Virus record (IMG/VR): IMGVR_UViG_3300031269_000057
Span: 1-31,555 of that record
DNA length: 31,555 bases
Source of the DNA: a virus
Taxonomy: Duplodnaviria > Caudoviricetes
Direction: 5' to 3' (one strand)
The position numbers and the translations under genes were made by a program. Under the pieces are notes generated by a model. It was not told the DNA's origin, did no database searches, and worked only from the letters and a program-made list of their open reading frames with translations. Below are positions 1-5,907 of the stretch, piece by piece. Each line of letters begins with the position of its first letter. The first letter of the stretch is position 1.

Positions 1-1
1 C

Positions 2-91
2 GGTGATGTTGGTAGTAATTCAAAAAACTATCTGTTCAGATTACCAATAGTTGAAGAAGAATTTATGTTTTTAGGTTACGTCAATGAGTAA
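2..91 (+). CDS. 3' end of a CDS that starts upstream of the window (hypothetical)
   Basis: Open frame GDVGSNSKNYLFRLPIVEEEFMFLGYVNE ending in TAA at 89-91, overlapping the next ATG at 84. Confidence 0.5.
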   Translation, partial: GDVGSNSKNYLFRLPIVEEEFMFLGYVNE

Positions 92-218
92 AAAGAAAAG
101 AAAAATATATGGCATTGGATTTAATTCTGGTGGTAAATATAAATCAAAGGTAGGTAGTAAACACCAAGTTTTAGTAGACCGCTTAGTTGAAATAGGTGAA
201 GAATTTTTAAAAGAATAA
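84..218 (+). pseudogene. 44-aa ORF, possible truncated HNH-type endonuclease N-terminus
   Basis: Manual translation MSKKKRKIYGIGFNSGGKYKSKVGSKHQVLVDRLVEIGEEFLKE. The IYGIGFN..GKYK start resembles N-termini of phage HNH-type proteins; no catalytic motif follows. Confidence 0.35.
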
Positions 219-221
219 AGG
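131..221 (+). repeat. 91-bp perfect direct repeat, copy 1
   Basis: TGGTAAATATAAATCAAAGG...AAAAGAATAAAGG is identical to 514-604. Confidence 0.97.
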
Positions 222-225
222 GAGA

Positions 226-519
226 ATGAAAATGTTTTTCGTTGTGCATTTAGAGAATGGTGAGATAATTAGTAAAACTTTACACGCACTACACCAAATT
301 AAAACGTACATTCAACAGAATCACCTTGTTGAAAAGGAATGTAAAATCTTTGATGGTAATAGAATGGAATGGAATAAATGCTACAAAGAATGGAACCACG
401 CAATTATATCTGAATGCGCTACATGTGGTAAAGATATGACAGGTTACGGTCATGGAGAAATGCCATGTTATATAACCCATGAAGATGGATGCCCAGATAA
501 AGGTGATGGTGGCTGGTAA
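226..519 (+). CDS. hypothetical protein with Cys/His-rich C-terminus, flanked by the 91-bp repeats
   Basis: 97-aa ORF, AGGGAG RBS (the ATG at 232 has better spacing), CATC..C..H..C motif; its stop codon lies inside repeat copy 2. Confidence 0.65.
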   Translation: MKMFFVVHLENGEIISKTLHALHQIKTYIQQNHLVEKECKIFDGNRMEWNKCYKEWNHAIISECATCGKDMTGYGHGEMPCYITHEDGCPDKGDGGW

Positions 520-604
520 ATATAAATCAAAGGTAGGTAGTAAACACCAAGTTTTAGTAGACCGCTTAGTTGAAATAGGTGAAGAATTTTTAAAAGAATA
601 AAGG
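514..604 (+). repeat. 91-bp perfect direct repeat, copy 2
   Basis: Identical to 131-221; its last GG is the first two bases of tRNA-Ser. Confidence 0.97.
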
Positions 605-704
605 TAGAGTAAGCCGAAAGATTCAGGGTAACGGCTGCTGTCTTGAAAACAGTTAATCACGTTAGTAGCGTGGTGTGTGGGTTCGAATCCCACTTCTACC
701 GCCA
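603..704 (+). tRNA. tRNA-Ser(UGA)
   Basis: Acceptor GGTAGAG/TTCTACC then G-CCA; anticodon arm GCTGT-CTTGAAA-ACAGT; long variable arm with CACG/CGTG stem; T arm GTGGG-TTCGAAT-CCCAC; enlarged D loop. Confidence 0.93.
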
Positions 705-738
705 ATCGCGCGCCGGGGATATGCCTGTAAGTCGCATG

Positions 739-746
739 AATAAATA
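739..746 (+). promoter_or_regulatory. possible T4-type late promoter variant (AATAAATA)
   Basis: 7/8 match to TATAAATA, about 35 bp upstream of the endonuclease start. Confidence 0.4.
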
Positions 747-779
747 GAACCATATAATAATAACAATAAGGTTAGTAAT

Positions 780-1226
780 TTGGCATATCAGATAAAGAGC
801 AATAACACTGCTGATTTATCTCAATATTTGGTTGTACAGGATTTAATTAAAAAAGGTTGGGTGGTTTTATTTCCATCTTCAAGGGATACAGTTTATGATT
901 TGGTTATAGAAAAAATAACCAGTAATGGTAACAGAGTATTTAAAACCTTTCAGATTAAAACATTGAAAAATAATTCATTTAAAACCAATAATAGAGGTTC
1001 ATCAAAAGGTAAAGAGCGTACAAGTATTAATGGGAACATTCGTTATAGTTATAGTTACGCAGATGAAAAGATAGATTGGATGGTTGGTGTTAATCATGAA
1101 ACAGGGGAAATTTATTATTACCCCTTGAGTGTATATAAACACTATGATAACATCAATGTCAATCAAGTGAAGTCAAAAGAGTTTGAAATTAATGATGGAA
1201 TGGTGAATAAAAGAAAACGTAAATAA
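780..1226 (+). CDS. free-standing PD-(D/E)XK endonuclease, I-Ssp6803I / group I intron-associated family (putative homing endonuclease)
   Basis: Motif DLIKKGWVVLFP...YDLVIE...FQIKT...Y..EKIDWMVGV...IYYYP; TTG start; lies between tRNA genes. Confidence 0.75.
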   Translation: MAYQIKSNNTADLSQYLVVQDLIKKGWVVLFPSSRDTVYDLVIEKITSNGNRVFKTFQIKTLKNNSFKTNNRGSSKGKERTSINGNIRYSYSYADEKIDWMVGVNHETGEIYYYPLSVYKHYDNINVNQVKSKEFEINDGMVNKRKRK

Positions 1227-1232
1227 AATAAT

Positions 1233-1307
1233 GGGGGATTAGTGTTAACGGTAACACGGCGGTTTCCAACTCCGCAACTATGGGTTCGAATCCTTTATCC
1301 CCTGCCA
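1233..1307 (+). tRNA. tRNA-Trp(CCA)
   Basis: Acceptor GGGGGAT/ATCCCCT then G-CCA; anticodon arm GCGGT-TTCCAAC-TCCGC (one U-U mismatch); T loop TTCGAAT with a weak stem. Confidence 0.88.
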
Positions 1308-1325
1308 AATTAAGTTTTATTTCGA

Positions 1326-1402
1326 GTACATATGCCTGAGTGGTCTAAAGGTGCGGATTGCAAATCCGTTATTCGTGGGTTCGAATCCCACTATGTACTC
1401 CA
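1326..1402 (+). tRNA. tRNA-Cys(GCA)
   Basis: Acceptor GTACATA/TATGTAC, U discriminator, CCA; anticodon arm GCGGA-TTGCAAA-TCCGT; T arm GTGGG-TTCGAAT-CCCAC. Confidence 0.95.
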
Positions 1403-1416
1403 AATAAAATTTCTAT

Positions 1417-1490
1417 TGCCCGTTAGTGTAACGGTAACACACGTGACTTTGAATCACGTATCACAAGTTCAAATCTTGTACGGGCTGCCA
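1417..1490 (+). tRNA. tRNA-Gln(UUG)
   Basis: Acceptor TGCCCGT/ACGGGCT (U1-U72 mismatch) then G-CCA; anticodon arm CGTGA-CTTTGAA-TCACG; T arm ACAAG-TTCAAAT-CTTGT. Confidence 0.93.
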
Positions 1491-1497
1491 AATTAAA

Positions 1498-1734
1498 GTG
1501 AGAGTAATTATGGATTTAGAGTCGTTTAATCATTACATTGTGTTTTACACAACCGTAAATCTTGAAAACACTTTACAGCATCTAATTGGGTTTAATGTTA
1601 AGCCTGATATTAATGATACATATGATGCTTTGATTGAGTTTCAAACAGAGGTTCTACCTAAACTTGAAATTGAAGAACCTGTTTTTATGATTTACATGAA
1701 CGCTCAAGGTGTTCGTGACATTTTTGGGTTTTAA
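1498..1734 (+). CDS. hypothetical protein
   Basis: 78-aa ORF filling the gap between tRNA-Gln and tRNA-Ser; true start may be the ATG at 1510. Confidence 0.6.
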   Translation: MRVIMDLESFNHYIVFYTTVNLENTLQHLIGFNVKPDINDTYDALIEFQTEVLPKLEIEEPVFMIYMNAQGVRDIFGF

Positions 1735-1785
1735 TAGAGGAATAGATTATGTATTTAGAATACGGAAACCAATATGTAAAAACAT

Positions 1786-1877
1786 GGTAGGTTGGCTGAG
1801 TGGTCGAAAGCAGCGGGTTGCTAACCCGTACATTCTGAAATATGGGTGCGAAGGTTCGAATCCTTCACCTACCGCCA
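1786..1877 (+). tRNA. tRNA-Ser(GCU)
   Basis: Acceptor GGTAGGT/ACCTACC then G-CCA; anticodon arm GCGGG-TTGCTAA-CCCGT; long variable arm; T arm GAAGG-TTCGAAT-CCTTC. Confidence 0.96.
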
Positions 1878-1904
1878 CATTTCGCATCACACAAACAGGT
1901 GATG

Positions 1905-1912
1905 TATAAATA
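1905..1912 (+). promoter_or_regulatory. T4-type (gp55) late promoter TATAAATA
   Basis: Perfect consensus, intergenic, upstream of an AAGGAG RBS and the ATG at 1941. Confidence 0.75.
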
Positions 1913-1940
1913 TCTATATCAACCAAAAGGAGTAAATATT

Positions 1941-2249
1941 ATGTTTAAATTTTTAACAACTGTAGTGTTTTTGTTTGCGTTAAGTGGATGTAACTTAGAT
2001 GTGGAACCCACGATACCTGCTAACTCAAACTATGAAGCTGTTTCAATGGATGTTTTCATTGGTACAATTGATGGTGTAGAAACCGATATTCCATATCCAA
2101 AATACACATGTAATGAAGCGGATTTATTTACGTATCTGGTTGCTGATAATTCAGCGGTTTTAAATACAGATTCAACACAAGTTACGTGCCTCACTACATT
2201 AATAACACGTGTTGAGGTCGATGAGAATAATAGGCCATTGTACAATTAA
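1941..2249 (+). CDS. putative lipoprotein
   Basis: Start reassigned to ATG 1941 (AAGGAG RBS); signal peptide MFKFLTTVVFLFA followed by lipobox LSG-C. Confidence 0.8.
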   Translation: MFKFLTTVVFLFALSGCNLDVEPTIPANSNYEAVSMDVFIGTIDGVETDIPYPKYTCNEADLFTYLVADNSAVLNTDSTQVTCLTTLITRVEVDENNRPLYN

Positions 2250-2276
2250 TATAAGGTGAAATAAATGTAGGTAATT

Positions 2277-2759
2277 ATGATGTTTACGCAAGAACAAATT
2301 GAAGAAATCAAAGAATACTTAGTTAACGTGGGTATACACTCACGTGTATACCTTGGATGTGATAGTCAAAAATATCGCAAAGGTAATACATGGTATGCTC
2401 GTTACACTGTTGTTCTTGTGGTTCATATCAACAACCTTCATGGATGTAAAATCTTTGGTTACACGGATGTAGAGCGTGACTATGACCAAGTGGATAAACC
2501 ACGTATGCGTTTAATGAATGAAGTGTATAAAGTATCTGAACTGTACTTAACACTGGCTGAAGAACTTGAAGATAGAGAAGTTGAGATTCATCTTGACGTT
2601 AATCCGAAGAAAGAATATGCTTCAAGTGCAGTGGTTAAACAAGCGATTGGTTATATTTTAGGTGTGTGTAATATTCAACCTAAAATTAAACCGGATGCGT
2701 TTGCGGCTTCATACGCTGCTGATGCCGGTGTACGTGGTCGTTGGGAAATGACCAAATAG
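2277..2759 (+). CDS. ribonuclease H-like YkuK/DUF458 family protein
   Basis: Motifs VYLGCDSQ, RLMNEV, EIHLDVN and KIKPDAFAASYAAD. Confidence 0.85.
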   Translation: MMFTQEQIEEIKEYLVNVGIHSRVYLGCDSQKYRKGNTWYARYTVVLVVHINNLHGCKIFGYTDVERDYDQVDKPRMRLMNEVYKVSELYLTLAEELEDREVEIHLDVNPKKEYASSAVVKQAIGYILGVCNIQPKIKPDAFAASYAADAGVRGRWEMTK

Positions 2760-2761
2760 CT

Positions 2762-2789
2762 AAGGGGCGCAATGCCCCTTTTCTTTTTT
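2762..2789 (+). terminator. Rho-independent terminator
   Basis: AAGGGGC-GCAAT-GCCCCTT hairpin followed by TTCTTTTTT. Confidence 0.85.
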
Positions 2790-2807
2790 ATAATATGAGA
2801 AAGTTAA

Positions 2808-3275
2808 ATGAGTAAATTCAAAACCATTATAATTCTATTTTTAATATTCTTTTCTTTCAATGTTCATGCGAATGAAGCTGAAGAATTAGAATGTTTATCA
2901 TTGAACATATACCATGAAGCGCGGAATGAACCTGTTATCGGCCAACTTGCAGTTGCTATGGTTACAATGGAACGTGTACGCGAAACAAGATTTCCAGATA
3001 CCGTTTGTGAAGTTGTTAAACAAGGGTATCATATTGGTAGAAGGGATTGTCAGTTCAGTTGGTATTGTGATGGTAAAACAGATACACCTTATGAAATAGA
3101 TGCATATGAAAAAGCGGTTGCTATATCGAAGGTGATTTATTATAATTACGATTTCATGACACATCCAATTAAAGGGGCTGACCATTATCACGCAAACTAT
3201 GTTGCTCCATCATGGAATAGCAACATGCGCAAGGTCGCAGAAGTTGGTAATCATATTTTTTGGAAATGGGAATAA
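2808..3275 (+). CDS. SleB-like cell wall hydrolase (Hydrolase_2) with N-terminal signal peptide
   Basis: CLSLNIYHEARNE..GQLAVA.V...RV, FPDTVCEVVKQ, CQFSW, HYHANYVAPSW, GNHIFW; hydrophobic leader ending VHA. Confidence 0.92.
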   Translation: MSKFKTIIILFLIFFSFNVHANEAEELECLSLNIYHEARNEPVIGQLAVAMVTMERVRETRFPDTVCEVVKQGYHIGRRDCQFSWYCDGKTDTPYEIDAYEKAVAISKVIYYNYDFMTHPIKGADHYHANYVAPSWNSNMRKVAEVGNHIFWKWE

Positions 3276-3281
3276 TTTTAT

Positions 3282-3524
3282 ATGCATGATATTGAGAAAA
3301 GTACAAAAGAACAATTTGCAATACGAATAGCAGAAATTAGTAGCACCAACAACCTTGATATTATCGAATCCATAACATCATTCTGTGCAGATAATCTTCT
3401 TGAAATTGAAGATGTTTTGCATTTACTGGATAAATCAATGAAAGATAAAATTAAGGTTGCTGCTTTAGAAAAGCGGTGTTTAAAAGGTGTCAAACAACCA
3501 AAGGCATTAGATACATATGAGTGA
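3282..3524 (+). CDS. gp33: late promoter transcription coactivator
   Basis: 80 aa with F...I.......IIESI..FC..N.LEIE.V..LL...MKDKIK..A; located upstream of 59 and 32 as in T4. Confidence 0.8.
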   Translation: MHDIEKSTKEQFAIRIAEISSTNNLDIIESITSFCADNLLEIEDVLHLLDKSMKDKIKVAALEKRCLKGVKQPKALDTYE

Positions 3525-3568
3525 ATAGAATTACAAAATCAAGTTAACAATTATAGGATGAAATTAAT

Positions 3569-3847
3569 ATGAATTTTGATGAAAAACTAAAAAAGTGTAA
3601 CGACTTCGATAAAAATCTAGCCTTTCTAATTAAGGAAGGTGATGGTATTCTTGAAATTACGAAGAACAGTGAAGAAAACGGGTTAGACGTTAATGCGCTA
3701 ACTGATAAAATAATTGGGTTCGTTACTATCTGCACGATATTGATTGAAACCACCCCCGAACTTAAAAGTAAATGGGATAACACAAAAGAACTAGAGGCTT
3801 TATCTGAAAGTAAAGTTACTGAGTTGGAGGAAAGTTATGGTAGATGA
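3569..3847 (+). CDS. hypothetical protein
   Basis: 92-aa ORF, co-oriented in the operon and overlapping the next gene. Confidence 0.65.
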   Translation: MNFDEKLKKCNDFDKNLAFLIKEGDGILEITKNSEENGLDVNALTDKIIGFVTICTILIETTPELKSKWDNTKELEALSESKVTELEESYGR

Positions 3848-4220
3848 TTTAACATTCCAAGGTATAGAACATAGACTCGAAACATCACTGGTTGCATTGA
3901 ATGATACTATCACACCAGAACAATTTACAACACTTCAAGTTATACTGGATAATTTAAGTAGTAAATTAGTGGAAGCTGTTAAGAAATCAGAACCAAGTGC
4001 CGATGAAATTGACTCAATGGTTTTATTAGCTGAACAGGAATTTCATAATAGTGTGGGTGAACAGAAAGGTTTAATCCGTGAATCTATGCAGGGTGAAGAA
4101 AACGTAAACGTAACAGAATTCTTTAACATGAAAGAAGAACCATTCCCTGTTGTAGATATGCAACAACCAACATCTATTAATGATAAAATAAAGGCGAAAT
4201 TGAATAAAGGTAAAGAATAA
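3837..4220 (+). CDS. hypothetical acidic, probably helical protein
   Basis: 127-aa ORF with GGAGG RBS, ending 2 bp before gp59. Confidence 0.75.
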   Translation: MVDDLTFQGIEHRLETSLVALNDTITPEQFTTLQVILDNLSSKLVEAVKKSEPSADEIDSMVLLAEQEFHNSVGEQKGLIRESMQGEENVNVTEFFNMKEEPFPVVDMQQPTSINDKIKAKLNKGKE

Positions 4221-4222
4221 CA

Positions 4223-4819
4223 ATGGAACCGTATGAAGCCTATCAAAAGTTTCTAGCGGTTAAGGCCCATTTCACTAGACCGTCATATGATTATAAAAAA
4301 TATAATGGGAAGGTGAATGCAAAGTTTAATGCATTCACCAAAGCGAAAGGTAAATTCTTCTACGGTAAATTAGGTAAGAAGTTCAAATCCGATTTCCCTG
4401 AATATGTTGCAACCTGCTTTGCATATTCGGGGAATGTAGGTTGGATTGGTGACTTAGATTCAGAAGAATCATATTTAATGTGGGATGAACATCTAAAGAA
4501 CATGCAATCAATCAGGCGAGTGTTTCAAAAAGATGTTCAACAAATATTAGATGTTGCTGAGAAGAATGGATTATCTTTCAAAGAAATGTTCCTATGTAAA
4601 TCCGGTGAATTACCACCTGTCGAAAAACTTAGAAAAATAGATTTGATTACAATGGAAAGTTGTGTTATATTAAATCGCTTGTTGGGGTACACAGCAAAAA
4701 TAAAATGTACCAATCCCTTATGGGGTGATATAAAAATAACTATAGAGAAATTTGACACGTTTTTGCAACTCCCAGCAACTGGAATATTTGCACAATTACT
4801 CAAAAGAAAACTTAGTTAG
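4223..4819 (+). CDS. gp59: helicase loader
   Basis: N-terminus YEAYQKFLAVKAHFT..SYDYKKYNGK, FYGKL.KK, WIGDL; lies directly before gene 32. Confidence 0.93.
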   Translation: MEPYEAYQKFLAVKAHFTRPSYDYKKYNGKVNAKFNAFTKAKGKFFYGKLGKKFKSDFPEYVATCFAYSGNVGWIGDLDSEESYLMWDEHLKNMQSIRRVFQKDVQQILDVAEKNGLSFKEMFLCKSGELPPVEKLRKIDLITMESCVILNRLLGYTAKIKCTNPLWGDIKITIEKFDTFLQLPATGIFAQLLKRKLS

Positions 4820-4832
4820 ACAACCTAACTTG

Positions 4833-4840
4833 TATAAATA
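4833..4840 (+). promoter_or_regulatory. T4-type late promoter TATAAATA upstream of gene 32
   Basis: Perfect consensus, intergenic. Confidence 0.75.
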
Positions 4841-4906
4841 GTAATGTTCTCATAGAAGAATAAACAAAAATACAAAATAATAAAAACAATAAAAAGGTAA
4901 AAAATT

Positions 4907-5854
4907 ATGGCAACATTTGCTCAATTAAAAAAATCCCGCAAGGCTCGTTCTGAATCCCTTAAATCAAAAATCGAAAACGAAAAATCTAGTAGCGGTAAAA
5001 TTGATGAACGCTATTGGAAATGTGAAACTGATAAAGCCGGTAATGGTTATGCAGTAATTCGATTCCTACAACCATCCCCTTCTGACATTGAAACTGTTGG
5101 TGAAAATGCACCCCCATTTGTAACATACTACCGCCACATGTTTAAAACACCTACTGGTAAATGGTTTGTAAATAGCTGCCCAACATCAATTGGTAATGAA
5201 TGTCCAGTATGTACAGCAAACTCAGAGTTATGGAATACTGATATTCCTGCTAATCAAGATATTGTTCGTAAACGTAAACGTCAACAAAAGTATGTTGCAA
5301 ATATCATGGTTGTTAAAGATTCTAAGAATCCTGAAAATGAAGGTAAAGTATTCCTGTTTGAATTCGGTCAGAAAATCTACAAGAAAATTGAAGGTATGAT
5401 GTTCCCTGAATTTGAAGATGAAGTTGTTATTGACCCATTTGATTTTTGGGAAGGTGCTGATTTCAAATTAAAGATTCGTCAAGTTGATGGTTACACTAAC
5501 TATGATAAATCTGAATTCGATACACCTGATGCAATCTCAGATGACGATGATGCAATTGAAAAACTTTGGAATTCTTCATATTCACTTCAAGAATTTATCG
5601 ACCCTAAACAATTTAAGGAATATGATAAACTTGAAACTGAATTTAATCGTGCTATCAACGGCAAGGTAAATAAATCTACTGCTGATGACGATGACAATGA
5701 CAATGATTCTGATGCGAGTGGTTCATATCAATCACCTAAGAAAAAATCTGATAACATGGCATCTTCAGATGACAACGATGACGTGCCATTTGACAAAGAT
5801 GACAACGATGAGGTTGATATGTTTCAGAAAATGCTAGATGAAGATGAAGATTAA
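4907..5854 (+). CDS. gp32: single-stranded DNA-binding protein
   Basis: DERYWK...DKAGNGYAVIRFL, Zn ligands H...C...CPVC, NPENEGKVFLF, DPFDFWEGADFKLKI, NYDKSEF, acidic C-terminal tail. Confidence 0.98.
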   Translation: MATFAQLKKSRKARSESLKSKIENEKSSSGKIDERYWKCETDKAGNGYAVIRFLQPSPSDIETVGENAPPFVTYYRHMFKTPTGKWFVNSCPTSIGNECPVCTANSELWNTDIPANQDIVRKRKRQQKYVANIMVVKDSKNPENEGKVFLFEFGQKIYKKIEGMMFPEFEDEVVIDPFDFWEGADFKLKIRQVDGYTNYDKSEFDTPDAISDDDDAIEKLWNSSYSLQEFIDPKQFKEYDKLETEFNRAINGKVNKSTADDDDNDNDSDASGSYQSPKKKSDNMASSDDNDDVPFDKDDNDEVDMFQKMLDEDED

Positions 5855-5878
5855 GGTCTAAATCTTTAACCTAGAACG

Positions 5879-5905
5879 AAAAGGGGGCTTCTAAGCCCCT
5901 TTTTC
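5879..5905. terminator. bidirectional Rho-independent terminator
   Basis: AAAA-GGGGGCT-TCTA-AGCCCCT-TTTT between convergent genes. Confidence 0.88.
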
Positions 5906-5907
5906 TT

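Noticed and set aside
131-604. CRISPR array or IS ends
   Set aside because: Only two 91-bp direct copies with a 292-bp coding spacer; no inverted termini, transposase or cas gene
289-753. 154-aa minus-strand ORF
   Set aside because: Antisense to tRNA-Ser and ORF 226; no recognisable motif
705-1232. Group I intron around the PD-(D/E)XK ORF
   Set aside because: Flanking tRNAs are complete, and only 75 bp upstream and 6 bp downstream remain, too little for an intron core
1749-1790. 13-aa mini-ORF MYLEYGNQYVKTW after an AGAGGA RBS
   Set aside because: Runs into the tRNA-Ser 5' end; may be a gene stub but is too short to support
603-1877. Suppressor or selenocysteine tRNA and stop-codon recoding
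   Set aside because: Anticodons are UGA, CCA, GCA, UUG and GCU, all sense; core genes are full length in the standard code and end in TAA, TAG or TGA
1709-1909. 66-aa ORF, and the 1842 start of the next ORF
   Set aside because: Both overlap tRNA-Ser(GCU); the lipoprotein has a clear RBS and signal peptide starting at 1941
5680-5854. GATGAC-rich low-complexity repeats
   Set aside because: Encode the normal acidic C-terminal tail of gp32
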